From Trichosphaerium sp. ATCC 40318 (Eukaryota; Protista; Tubulinea): a stretch of DNA of 64,000 bases. Positions 36,825-50,000 of the stretch are shown piece after piece. The stretch covers positions 62,001 through 126,000 of the forward strand of contig JALMLS010000030.1 in the NCBI GenBank assembly GCA_038496445.1, given 5' to 3'. Each line of letters opens with the position of its first letter. Position 1 is the stretch's first letter. The notes under the pieces were generated by a model. The model saw only the letters and a program-made list of their open reading frames with translations. It was not told the origin of the DNA and searched no databases. A program made the position numbers and the translations under genes.

Positions 36825-37837
36825 CTAAACAGGTAATATTGATGACGCAGCAGACTGTAAACAGAAAGTAAGAATATTTAAAGAAAAAAAATCATAACAA
36901 AGTCTCATTCTGTACCTTCAGTATAGTTTGTCCAAATGGTATATATGATGCTCCATACCAGCAAGCGCTTAGTATTTGTGTAAAAACAGAAGCAAAAGTC
37001 AATATACGTGACCGAAGCTGTCAAAGTGTTAAACGAGTCCTAGATAGGCTTAGCTTGTCTTAACGTACCGATACAGCACAGTATAGCGTAGCGATCATAG
37101 ATGCCACATATATCAAAGCACTAAAAGGGCTTAATAAGTCATAAGAATAGTAATTAATAAAAGTACCTTATAAGCCTATTCTTTGAACAGAGTGTCGCTG
37201 ACAAGCGTTTTAGGTTCGGTACAATGAAGAAAATGCTAAAAAAAACACGTTGACATTAGGTATTGGTCATTTTATACGTTGTTATTACCTTCCAATGAGC
37301 ATAAGACTTCCTAAAGTATAGAATTTACCGAATTGGCGAGGATTTAAGAAAGATATCATCGCCTAGTAGTGTAAGTTGTAGAAATAGCGTCTATACGTAC
37401 TAAAAAACAGAATCCAATGCCACTAGCAAGACATATTACTAAAAACGTTAGCAACATGATTATATTGACTACATTAATTCTGTTTGTGTATTTCAACGCT
37501 TGGAAGGTATAATTAACAGGTTTTGCGCTTACAACTTAAAAGTCAACGTGTTTGTTGTTTGTTTTATTGTTTTACGCCTTTATCTCGTTTTATATCATTA
37601 AAACAACTTACCAAAACCAAATAACCTGTGTTTAATCGAAATACCCCTACATACAGCCGGATCATCAGCCTGTCGCTCTAGTGAGATTGTCTCTATCCAT
37701 TGCATACCGCTAACAACACTTGTAACTGATAAACTATTCAGTCAACAGTTTTAGACAGCACAAAAAACTCTTCGAACGAATTTCATTCGAAAATGGTATT
37801 TCTGCAACTTCGTCGTCATAAAGTTGATTGTCTTCAC
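36825..37837 (-). CDS. SFT2: Got1/SFT2-family vesicle transport membrane protein with many micro-exons
   Basis: Exon pieces ICLASGIGFCFL, FLNPRQF, PFSALIYVASMIATLYCAVS, SRILTFASVFTQILSACW, and C-terminus SSILPV*. 5' end uncertain. Confidence 0.6.
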
Positions 37838-38127
37838 CTGTACTGAATAAATATTCTTAAAATACTTCTCTGAACACAGCTATTAGTGCGACGATATCCC
37901 TCCCCAACCACTGAAAGATATCTAGTTACCTCTCACATGTAAAAAAAGCAGAAGAAGTAGTAACGCCAGGTGTCAAATTTCTTTTTTTGTCAGTAAATGT
38001 TTAAACGCCTCAATTATCATCTGAGATGCTAGTGTCATAATTTTTAAAAACCTGGTTGATAGTTTTTGACTTGTTTGTTTTGAGTCAAGTTCATTTCTGT
38101 CTAAACATCATTCACAACACAACAGCG

Positions 38128-40218
38128 ATGCTATATTTGGTTGTTTTTGTAGTGTTAATCGTTTGTGTGTACTTGCTGTACTACAGGAATCGATTACACT
38201 CAAATCTACCTCCAGGCGACTATGGTACGCGTTTGCGATACATTTCTACGCTTTTGACAATTTACTCTTGCAAAAAAGGGTATCCACTCATCGGAAACAC
38301 GTTGAAGTCCTTATATAACCCGTACGGGCATAACAAAGCCCGTTTCGACAAGTATGGAAAAGAGTTTAAAAGTTCTGTACTCCTGGATAACATGACAGTT
38401 GTGCAAGACTCAAAATACGTTTTCTCCCACAAGGTGAGCGTACAAAGTGAAAAAAACCGAATTTGACGCTTTTTTTGTTGGTTCTCAGCCACTCAAAGCG
38501 AGATACGGGTTTTGACGTCTACTAGCATCTTGATTCAGGATGGCCTGAAGGTTGGCGTAAACTCTTGGGTAAGAAGTCACATATGGCTTGTCCAATAGGA
38601 AGAAAGCATAGACTAGAGAGGATGGCACTTGGTGCAGCATTCACTACAACGTAAATAACACTGTTTTACTACAAGCGTAGGACTTTTATCCTAATATATC
38701 TTTTTAGAGCTCTAGAGAGTTATGTACCACTTATTGAAGCGACTACTAACCGCCATCTTGATGAATGGGGATCCAATGATGTTGATATTATTCCAACAGC
38801 AAAAATTTACACATTTGATGTGGTACAGTAGTTGTGAACCGACAAAACGTGACAAGTTACTTTTTTTTTTATCAACATCATTAAGTATTTTTTTAGGCTG
38901 CACGTGTTTTAATTGGTGAACAAATGCCACAAGAAGAGATAGAAGAGATGTTAAATATTTTTAAACAATGGGTAATACACAACACCGCTTGAGAATAAGA
39001 AGTGTTACTCAATCAAATAATAGATAACTAATTGTTTTTTTCGAAAATAGGGAAAAGGTTGGCTAGCTCTTCCATATGAGATTCCATTCACAAACTTCTA
39101 TTATGCTATGATAGCAAGACGCCAGCTTTTATCAAAATTTGAAGCTATACTCGATAAGAAACTAGCTAACCCAGTACAACACAATAGCTTTTTTTTTGAA
39201 ATATTTACAAACTGCTACCCATATAGAATAGACAAAAGATTGGTTCCATTGACCATCTCATTGACTCAAAGTACGGAAAGGGTTTTGACTGTTATGATTC
39301 TCTTAACTAATAAACTTTAAGGGATGAGGAAGGGAACTCATTAACAAAAGAAGAACTTCTTGATCAGATGCTTCTTCAAATTTTCGCAGGCACGTGTTTC
39401 TTCTTTTTTTTCTGACTGCGTTTTTCCTCTGTGCTATTCTTACAGATATCAACAAGGTTATGATACAACAGCATCCACAATTTCGTCTATGATGTACTAC
39501 TTGGGACACAACCAAAATGTCATTGAAAAGGTGTATCATGAAGTCAAAGAAGTTGGCGTTCAAACTCTAAAAGACGAAGACTATAGCACAATTTCTGCAT
39601 TTCCTTACCTAGATGCAACAATAAAAGAGGTACAAGTTCATGTAACTGCTAACATATCTAATGTAACTGCTAGGTGATGAGGATGAAGCCACCAGTACCT
39701 GCTGTTATCAGACAAGCGAAGGATGCTACTACAACACCAATGGTACATTTTGTTGGTTTTTACAGAAACCTTACATCTTCTAGGGATACAGCGTACCTAA
39801 GTCATGGGGTATACTATTACCGGTACAGTTTATCCAAAACAACCCTGACTCATGGGTAGAACCGAGAGATGTACGCTGTAGAACTAGTCAAATCAATGCG
39901 AATACTGTTTAACTTTCAATAGTTTAAACCTGAGCGCTTCATAGAGAAGTCAATTAAGAATAATGTTTATTGTCCATTTGGGGGAGGTCGCCGTATGTGC
40001 TTAGGTAAGTATTTCTCTACAAGAACTAGTCGTAGTGATTAGTGAGAACTAAAAATGTGCTAGGTTATAAGCTTGCAAACTTGGAACTTAAAATATTCTT
40101 GCTCAAGTTTTGTTGTCGTTATGAAAAGGTTACGTTTACAAATCCTATTGAATTGACCTTTCCCTTTGGTACGTGGCAAGGTAATGTAAGTGTAACACCA
40201 CGAAAAACCCAAAAATAA
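38128..40218 (+). CDS. Cytochrome P450
   Basis: TM anchor, PPGDYG|YPLIG, I-helix FAG|YDTT, EVMR, FKPERF, and heme motif PFGGGRRMCLG. Confidence 0.95.
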
Positions 40219-40717
40219 ACAAACTTGGTTTCTTGGAGAGACGATTTTTGTGTACCGTGAGTAAGTATTCTCACAACTACTTTTTCCGTTGCCCTTATTA
40301 CATCACGTGCCACTAAATTGTTGTATACCTATATGCTCGTACCGGATTTGATACATCAGGGTATCCAGGAAATCCAAATCATAAAAGATCAAGTTTACTT
40401 TAGTCATGAATGCACGTTTTAAATTCCATTAAAAATAAAGTCTCAGACTCTTTCACTCCGATAGTCATAGACGTAACTACAAAAAGGCTTTTGTAGGCCT
40501 GAAGCAAGTTTTAATTGTCAAAGAACTTGCTACTTTATCTATTGTATGAAGTATCTAACACTCGTTTACCTTAAATAATAGAGGTAATTGTTCATACAAA
40601 AGAAGACAAATGTGCTTGGCAAAAAAAGTCAGGTTGAAGGTACATTTTGGCATGAGACGGTTTGCAAGTTATCAATAGGCGTAGTTTAGATTTGTATCAC
40701 CTTGTATAACACATTCA

Positions 40718-41440
40718 TTACATTACACAACAATTTTTTTCAAATTCACGATTATAAGAGACCTCCTCTCCATGATCAAAAACATAGTGTTTATCACGAA
40801 ATCCGGCATTCCTTATTAGACAATTTCCATGTCTTCTGCCATTTATAAAAAAACTCTTCTCTATCATTGTACCTTCATAAGTGTACATTAAGTAGCTGCC
40901 ATCAATGAGATCATTCTTATAGTAAGTCACACGTCTCAAAGCACCATTGGTGAAGAACTCTTTACGAGTACCATTCATCAACCCATTTTTATAGTAAGTC
41001 AGTTCTTTGGTCTTACCGTTTTTATACCACTTCTCTACCACTCCATCAAGTCTACCATCAACATACGTTGAAGACTCAGCTGGTAGACCATTCTTGTACC
41101 ATTCTTTATAGTCTCCTATTGGCTTATCGTCTTCATATTTGATATGAAGGTACTTTTGTCCGTTTGAATGATAAAGTGTCCATAATCCATGACGTTGTAT
41201 TTTTTCATTGTATCTTGTTGTTATTGCTGTACCTCTGCATAGCGTTGGCCATATTTTATGTATTGTTGGGTGTAATGAAGTTATCTTAGCGTGTAATTCA
41301 AGAGGAATGTCCGTTAGGGTTACACTACGCTTGTAAACAAGTTAGCAAGCACTTTTGGTACGAAGGCGAAAGCAGACACGATAAACGTACATATTGCTAC
41401 TAAACGTATTGTTTACAGTCTCATCACATCCTTTAATCAT
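40718..41440 (-). CDS. F-box-like motif plus MORN-variant repeat protein
   Basis: LTDIPLELHAKI..KIWPTL..RHGLWTLYHSNG..WYKNG repeats. The frame extends 5' of the listed ORF; one intron inferred. Confidence 0.8.
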
Positions 41441-41996
41441 TTTGTTGACGTTACAGTTGCTTTAAGTGCTGTTTTGTGTTTATTCGTAGTCTAAAAATAG
41501 GCCGCTTGACTTATCTAGAAAACGTGTAGAAGATTGACGTACTTGGATAACAACCAACCTATTTCTTTGTTAGTTGATGTTGCTTTATGTACGTTGTATT
41601 CAAGGTGATAGCGAGCATACATTCATCTCGCAAATATGATCAACGGGCTCAACTATGGAAAAACGTTTCGGAAAAAAAAAACTGCAGGTAAATGTCCGCT
41701 AATACTGAAAATATGTAGCATAATAGTCGGCATTCATGCCAACACTCCGAAGATTAACGATCCTAGAGGCACAACAGGAACTCCTAGTAGCTTTTTATTG
41801 ATACCACAGTTTACCACGTGCCACAAAACAGTTTTGTGATTGGGGCGGCTGTTCTTTTGTGTGTTATTCTGGAAATCTCCGTATTTTGAAAGATGGACTT
41901 ATAGCGCACAGCACACTACCCTTCTTTATTTTTTAAGGAGGATAACATTTCGGGGCTCACAAAACAGAGCGAACAAACTACACCAAAACAAATCTC

Positions 41997-43877
41997 ATGA
42001 TAAAATCACTTCTGCTTTTATTGGTGGCAATCCAAGCTACATGCTTAGTTCTTCACGATAGTAAAGGAGACAGTACAAGCCTAAAAAAGAACTAATTTTT
42101 ATTTTGTTTTATTTCTTATTTCCCTCACGCCAACCTTTCTATTACAGGCTTTTATGACACTCCAAACATCGCATGGTTATCTAAAGACAGTTGGAAAGAA
42201 AATAAAATTACAGGTACGTGTAATCGTTTGTACACGTGCTCTAACCGCCAGAGCTTCAAAAACTGGCGTGTTCTGTGTTACCAACTCTAGAAAATAACGC
42301 TATAATAAACATAAAAACTACATCACCGTAGAATACTAAGGGATGCCCTAGGCTTGATTGTTAGCTTAAAACACCCTAATGTCACGGGTAGAATAGTTTA
42401 TCTAACAAGCATGGGTCGTAGATGGGTTTATGGAGCGACACAGGCATTAGAGAGAGGCGCTATTGGTCTGGTGGTACGAGATGAAACGTTTGGTACTCAT
42501 TTTTATTTCTCATACAAAAAGTACATCTCATTGTTTTGAAGCTGTTCCTGGTTCATTAAATTATATAAGACTTATTAACACAGCGAGTTATTCATCTGGT
42601 ATTCCAACTGTTACGACTGGAGACGATTTAGGAGATATATTAGATGACCTAGACGAAATATTTAATGGATCTTATCCGTCAAAAAATGTGACTTTAGTCA
42701 ATGGAGGTAACTTCTTGTTGTGAGCACATGTGAAACACGTGACCAATACTAAAAAGACTTCACAATTTTTATATATTGTACTAACTTTATTCACAGACGA
42801 TAATCCATGGTGGGGGATAAATGTAGTTGGATTTGTACGAACAGTTACCATAAAACATTTGAAGATTTACTAAGAATGTTTTAGACTTTCTTCTCAATAT
42901 TTATTGGATTCTTGGCAATCCTTGCAGCATCTATGGCGATTTATAAGATAAATAATATAACAACACGCACAGGCACCTTCTTTTCAGTTCCTATATTCTG
43001 TTTATACGTTGAAGCTATTGCAAACACTGGTAACAGTTAGACTAGTTCTGAAAATACAGTTTAACTCTATTTTAGTACGAGCGATTTATGTCGTTATAGA
43101 CCCGCTGTATTCACGGAGAATATTCCCTAAACTAATACACGATGTATTGTATGTTGGTTTGACTTCTTTGTCTCTTACAACAACAGTACTCATTGCTTTT
43201 TACTGGTAAGTAAACTTGAACTCTTTTGGTGTCTTCTTTTCTTTTTATCTTACAAAGCCATCAAAGGCATGATATTCTGAACAGCTCCACTGCATTACGT
43301 GAGAGGCATAAATATGGAACTCAAAGACTTCTCATTCCAAGTATTTTTATAGTCTCGACATTTGTTGTAGTTGAAATCACAGGTGGTATTATTCTCGCTT
43401 TTTTAGACTTTGGATCTATTTACCTGGCATACCAATTAGTACTTTTCTTGGCTTCTCTTGTTTCAGCAGGATACTTACTTGTCATGGGATCAATAGTGGT
43501 CCATCGTTTAAATACAGTCCAAGCGAAATCAAAAATCCTTACTCGAATAAAACACGTGCGTAGTCCAAAAAAAGTTTGAAGTGATAAATCTGACCTTCTA
43601 TTTTTAGATTACAGTACAAATTATGATTAGCTCCTTGTGTATATTTATCTATGCCATCACAACAATATTCACTGCTTTTCCATCTTACAGAACACCAAAT
43701 GGATTCTTCATCACGTGGACAATATATTGGATTGCTCTTGTTGTAACAAGTTTACTTCAGATTTCAGCAATAAGAAAAAGACCACAACAAAACGTGCCTT
43801 CATCTTCAGGAGGAGAGTTAAATGAGATATCAACCAGTACTAATTTACCTATTTCAACTAACCAAACTCACTTGTAA
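41997..43877 (+). CDS. Signal peptide, PA-like domain and multi-pass (about 7 TM) membrane protein
   Basis: MIKSLLLLLVAIQA; GRIVYL..QALERGAIGLVV..IPTV..DNPW; then successive TM segments (RAIYVVIDP, LIAFYW). Confidence 0.7.
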
Positions 43878-43948
43878 ATAATAAAAACAATATTAGAGAT
43901 GGTAACCTATTATTATTGTACGTAAACAAATAAAGGCAATTGTTCATG

Positions 43949-44070
43949 TTATCTGTTTTTGTACTCCTTGAACTTCGATGATCTGTGATGTACCCAAATT
44001 GAATAAAATGTACACGTGAGAAGTCACACAAAAACTATAAACTTTGAGCTCAAATAATATTACAAACACG
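43949..44070. repeat. Non-coding segment duplicated in pieces at ~57838-57932 (inverted) and ~58089-58115 (direct)
   Basis: GATGATCTGTGATGTACCC..TTTGAGCTCAAATAATATTACAAAC matches the reverse complement at 57.84-57.93 kb. TTATCTGTTTTTGTACTYCTTGAACT recurs directly. Confidence 0.85.
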
Positions 44071-44378
44071 ATTGATGCAATATTAAGCTTAACAACATTC
44101 AACTTAATGATACACCCTGTATTCTGTTTACAGATACTTTACAACAGTCTTTAATATCTCAACGTCACACTGACCTTGTTTACCGCGCTAGCGCCGTAAT
44201 TGTTAAAATGGGCTGATTGAGGGCTTTCAACCACTCTATGTGTAGAACTCTTAATTTTAAGGCGTTTCAGGCTACTTTTATTCAAAATAAAGTGAGTGGT
44301 GGTTCAATAAGAAGCACTTATATTGTTATTATTCACTGAATGAATACTGCTCTTGTTCTAAAATCACGGACCGGTTAC

Positions 44379-44580
44379 GAAGCGCTCAGGTTTAAACTAT
44401 TGAAAGTTAACAGTATTCGCATTGATTTGACTAGTTCTACAGCGTATCTCTCGGTTCTACCCATGAGTCAGGGTTGTTTTGGATAAACTGTACCGGTAAT
44501 AGTATACCCCATGACTTAGGTACGCTGTATCCCTAGAAGATGTAAGGTTTCTTACTAAAAACCAACAAAAAATGTACCAT
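44379..44580 (-). pseudogene. Inverted ~200-bp fragment of the P450 gene (source 39740-39940), introns included
   Basis: Near-identical reverse complement, e.g. GGATACAGCGTACCTAAGTCATGGGGTATAC..GGGTAGAACCGAGAG. Confidence 0.92.
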
Positions 44581-44904
44581 GTAGTCAAAGTGTCCCAAAA
44601 TTGTTGAACAATAAATGAAGCCTGCACCTAATGAAAAGAGTTCGCAGATCACTCTTGCTGCCAATGATGTAATAAAAATTTAGCACGGAAATTTAATATT
44701 TACAAAAACACAAGAAAAAAAACTCGTGGGGTACTGTATGGCGTTTGACGCGATGCATATGCATATGCCTTTATCACTTGAAGAACTACGGAGTACCACA
44801 TGTGTTTTGTTTAAAAAATGACCCCAATCTGATATGCGAGGTTGGTTTGATGGGTTCAAGAAACGTTCCAAAGCACAAATAGCAATGTATCACGGTTCAC
44901 TCTT

Positions 44905-45392
44905 AAGTTCAGAGATGTAAAGTGTATCATCTTATGGGTTGATGATAGGTTTTCCAAGGAGAACCAACATACTATAAAGCTATTAAAAGCTCGGCCAAAG
45001 AAAACAGAGGCATGCAACCATATAGAATATGTTGAAGAGTGCTAACACTCCAAAGGTTTTGATATTGACGTCATCCTCAGAGGCTTTGGCATGGCTTCAA
45101 AAGTATAAAGAACATATTATCAATAGGGTACGTATTATAACAAACAGCTACCGTAAAGGTGATGGAGATGATGCAGCAGAGCACTCAGTGAAAAGGCTAA
45201 TTAAGAAAAATACGAAATGGAGTAAAATACCTAATCTTGTGTATTGTGGTACATGTTTTACAACTATCAATCAATTTTTGTAACACACTCATCCTGTTTA
45301 TTGTAGGAAATATACCAAGTGTCAGCTACCTCCAAAAGAAATACAAGAATGTTTCAGTTACAGACAATCCTGTAGATGTATTGGCCTTGTAA
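44905..45392 (+). pseudogene. Receiver-like domain duplicated from the 3' end of the PARP-like gene (pseudogene or stand-alone gene)
   Basis: IILWVDD..TSSSEALAWL..RIITNSYRKGDGD..IPNLVYCG..DVLAL*. Inverted paralog of 58451-58940 with both introns and the 3' flank retained. Confidence 0.75.
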
Positions 45393-45469
45393 ACAAGTGT
45401 CCCTTTTCATTGGTACCTACTATCTATCGAACCATGACAAAAAGCAACCACGTAATCCTTTTTTAAATA

Positions 45470-45540
45470 AACAAGTCTTCATTGTAACTTTTGACTAATT
45501 TCTAAACCTTGCATAATGTTCTACAGGTAGCCTACACCAA
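45470..45540 (+). repeat. ~70-bp segment repeated directly at 57998-58068
   Basis: AACAAGTCTTCATTGTAA.TTTTGACTAATTTCTAAACCTTG..GTAGCCTACACCAA occurs in both places. Confidence 0.9.
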
Positions 45541-45735
45541 CCAAGCTCACCCGAGTTAAAAAGAGGTAACCTGACCCAGTTTTGGAGGAGGTAAACCGTT
45601 TGTGTGGTTTTGTGAGGTATTTGGGGTTGCGTTTCCTTCAACTATTCTTCGATTTTGCTAGCACTTTCCACGCGACTTAAGCTCCGATTTTGTTAAGTTA
45701 CACATCTTTTCTACAGCAAACAACGAAAGCAACAC

Positions 45736-46823
45736 ATGGAACTATCACAATACCTAAAGCGTATAGACTTTAACGAAACAATTACAGAAGCGCGTAGCAT
45801 GAATCGCCTTGCTTTGCTATCAAAACTACAGCTCCAAACTATTTTGCATGTGCCTTTTGAGAACCTAGATATACACCGAAAAGTGCCTGTAGTGTTAGAC
45901 TTGAATAAGATATACGATAAAGTCGTAACGAAAAAAAGGCAAGTTTCAAAAAACGTAAAACTTTGAAAAAAACCTCAAGTCGAGACACAAAAGAAGCTAA
46001 TGTTCTTTCTTTAGAGGAGGATTTTGTTTGGAAGTAAACGCGATTCTGGCATGGGCAGTTGAAGCTCTTGGGTTTAAGTGTACTCGCGTTAGTGGAACTG
46101 TCTTTGATTTCTGTACGTTGAGGCTTTTAAACTTGTTTGCCGATTTTCTCTCTTTCCGCAGGACTTATTTTGTTCAACTAGTTACTAAAGCTTACTTACC
46201 ACTACCTACACACTTGGTGGTAATTGTAACCATCGACGACGTTCAATACGTCGTCGATGTCGGTTTCGGTCCTGCGTCGCCTTGTACGTCACTTGAAGAA
46301 TTGCATAATGCGTCTAAAGGTACCTAGGCGGACCTCTTGAGTTGAAGGAAAATGTTGTTATGAAGCAATATGACAGTCAGGAGTTTAAGTTTACAAAAAC
46401 CGGAGAAACTTGGTTACTCTCGCTTAAACATGGTGGGGATTTTTCTCCTTTGTTTAAATTCGTTCTTGAAGAAACTGAGCTATCAAGATTCTCTGATGCT
46501 GTAAAGTTTACCTATGAAAAGAACCCAATGTTTATTAACCAATGCTTTATTACTAAATTGGTGGATAGTAACAAACGCTTCACACTTTCCAACAACACGT
46601 GAGTTTAGCCTTTTTTTGGCAGTCGGTTTTTGTTATCAGGATTCTCATCTCTTTCTGTAGGTTTAAATCAACGGATTTAGCTACTGGGGATACTGTAGAA
46701 GAGACTGTTACTATTGAACAATATCCAAAGTTACTCTTATCGAAGTTTGGGTACAGCAAGGAAACAATAGCCGAAATTGGAGATAGTTTCAAAGAAGGGT
46801 TCATCCCAAAGAAGGAAAATTAA
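45736..46823 (+). CDS. NAT: Arylamine N-acetyltransferase
   Basis: YLKRI, VPFENLDIH, R|GGFC, THLVVIV, VDVGFG; the Cys-His-Asp triad is intact. Confidence 0.93.
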
Positions 46824-47025
46824 GCTTTTTTCTCCAAAGCCTCATAGTACCATAAACCTAATGTATTCAACATAAATAAACACCCATTTCATTTTAACTC
46901 TACTAACAAAAGCCCGAGAAAATTACAAGAAAAAATATTCTGGGTTTTTTGAGAAATCTCTTTCATAGCACACGAAGGGACTTCAGTTTCAAAAGACAGT
47001 CTTTTCTTTAACACAATCACAAATA

Positions 47026-50000
47026 CTAAGTCGTCAATGCATCCGGAAGCATAGTTGATTTACAACCTAAAAAAACATTCAACAATCTTCAAAAAAAAGA
47101 CTTGTTTAGGTTATGTACCCCTTATAGGTGCTTTAGTATCTGGGAAAAATTGTAACGCAGCAGATATGGCTCCATTTATTTCTACTTTGATAGGGTACGT
47201 CATCATATGCCCAGTATCCATGACTTTAACTTCAGGAGAAGCAAACTTATCCCAATTAAAATCAGCAATTTGATTGACCTAATACATACGTCATTTAGTG
47301 CAACCAAAAGGAAAACAACGTACTCTTGTTACTGTCACTCTATCCTCAGGATAAAGAAAACCTTTTTAAGAAGTTAAGCGAGAAAATCGTTACTTGGCTT
47401 AATAAGGACATACATTGCTCCGAAATACCCAAATGCTCGGCCCAAAGAGACATTCTGAATTTATGAATTTCACCACTTACTTCTCTACTTCTTCCTAATT
47501 GTTGTAAGCAAAAAACAAAAAATTTTTGAACGAACCTGAATGGAAAGGTTGATATGCTCCTACTGCTATCTCTGTATCCCTAGATCCATGTAGACTACGT
47601 TCATTTATATTGGCAGAGCCTAGAAGTATAAACCTAAAAATAATAAGTCAAGCTGAGTTAGAAGAACAAGAACGAAGAAACTGACAAGCTTTTTCAAGCA
47701 CGTAAGAAATTGGTTTTGAACTTTGCAAAGAGCGTACTCATCATCAGCTATAAGCATTTTTGTATGAACATAGACCATGAACCGACGGGATTTCAGTAAC
47801 GCCATCTGGCGTAGAGTTGTGCCAGTTGCTTTAGGAGGGTGAGGAGGAGGAGCTTCTCGGTTTCCCAAAGTTAGAAAAGTGAGATACTCTATTTCTCGCT
47901 GTTAACAAAGCACTCTATACCTTTTTAATATTTCTTACCTCTTGGATGCCTATTGCTACCAACACGCTCAAGTGCATCACTAAGCATCCTGTACATCATT
48001 TCAATAGTATTCCATTGCCATCTCAATATGGCTAAAAAGGATGTCAGAAAAACGCGTGTTTACTGTACTCCGTAAATAAAAGCATCAAAAAAAAGAGATA
48101 CCTTGTATAGCTGCCTCATTAGGGTGACCTTCTGGGTGTAATGGAATAACTAAGTAGGGAGTGTTAAGGTAAGTCGCACAATACCAAAAAAAAATGCAAA
48201 AAAAACGGTCTTATTTTTTGAAGGTTTTTTTTCTTTGTGTACCTATATATACTGTATATTCTCGCTGTGTATTTATCATGTGTATTATTTTACTTACAAT
48301 TTCCACGGGAATAAGGTTATTACAACTTATATTATGATCTGTTGTGTCTAAATTCGAAAAAAAAAAAGTTAGTCACAGGCAACTTTTTTGATGTTTTTTT
48401 ATTCTCCTCGTGTACCTAACCACCAAGGCGCACTTCCTATTTAAATATACTCAGTTATGAAAGTTAAATAAAGGTAACTTTATCATGTGAAAATTTCAAA
48501 TACCAATTGATATGAAAGTTCTAAAACAGAACACATTTAAAAAGGAACGTACCCAAAAAGTATTGATTCTCAATATACAAAAAGCGTTCAGACTTCCTTA
48601 TAGCATTTACATACGCCCAATGAATATTAGCTTCAACAGCAGATATAGTCGCAGAATAACTATCAATAGATCTAAACAACTGCACGTTCCAAGACTCCGC
48701 ATACTCTGCAAAAAACTGTAAACTCAAAGCATGGGTTTTACAAAAAACCCAAAAAAAAGCACAACAAAACAGCTCATTAAAAAACCCGTCTTAGCGTACC
48801 AAAACGATCTTCAACGTATGCCAGAATACTTCTTTCTTCTTTGAGGCTATACAAAGTCCCTTTATTTTTCGCCTGCTTCTTCCACCGCTGCTCAAAATTT
48901 GTCATAACATCTCTAGCAATTGGACCACAAACTTTACAATGTGCGTCTTGCCAAGGTTGTCTTGGACCCAATTGAGGATTAATACCACCCCAAGCATTGT
49001 AAAAATCATTACTATGATCAGAAGAAAGCGTAGAGAATAAACTCTTTTTAGGTGTGTCCCACCGACCTAAAACAGAGGTCAGCAAACAAAAAAAGACCTG
49101 TTCAAGGCGGTACCATCCGTGATATCAAGACCACCTAGAAACGCAACAATACGCCTAAAATATACTCCATTAAATCATTGAATAAAAGGACAAATTAAGC
49201 AAAAGAAGTAGTACCTCCGCTGCCAAGAATCACCAGCAACAGCTTCATCGCAAATAATCGTCTTTTGATGATGTGAGAAAAATAACTCTACATTAGGCTG
49301 ACTGCCTTCCCTGTAGATTCAAAAACATCAGTTACAAGCGTAACTGAGTGATTTGATAGCCTCATCACGGGAAAAATACCCAAACCAACCCACTTTACAA
49401 AAAATGTAAAAAAAACAGTACCTGTGAACTAGTGCTACAGGTATACCATTCTTATTGCAAAAAGCACGTGTTTCTTCATCATGAGTCGACATTACGCCAC
49501 CCACAGACATACCACCAATATTTGTTGATGACATATCGTCCCAAACCATAACCAAAACACAAACACCTTATTGAGAATTTTTTAGCTAGGCTTCACCATA
49601 AAGCGTAAGAAAAGAAGATTGCGAAATACCTTGGCCTTGCTTGTATTTCAATAGTTCACCTACAGATAGTATGGGTACCTCTTGAAGACCTAACGAATTG
49701 TTAGTTGTCTTGAAGAGGTCGAAGCAAAAAAGAAAATAAGACCTGGTGGCGGTGGCATTCTGCGTCTTAATAGTACTGTATCGGTATTTACAGACCATCC
49801 CGTGATGTACAAGAACTTTTTAGCATTATACATTGCGCTATAAAAAAGATATAGGTCAGTGAAATACACTGAAAAGAGGAAACAATTTTGTATTCCATAT
49901 TTGTTAGTATTTAAGAGCATTTAACTTACTAGTACATATCCCTAAATGCGCCTTGAGCAACATAAGGTGGTCCTTCTAGAGTCTGATAGATAGGCGGTGG

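Noticed and set aside
48032-48101. PLD intron with GTATCTCTT donor as U12-type
   Set aside because: The branch region TTCTGAC plus a pyrimidine-rich acceptor look U2-type.
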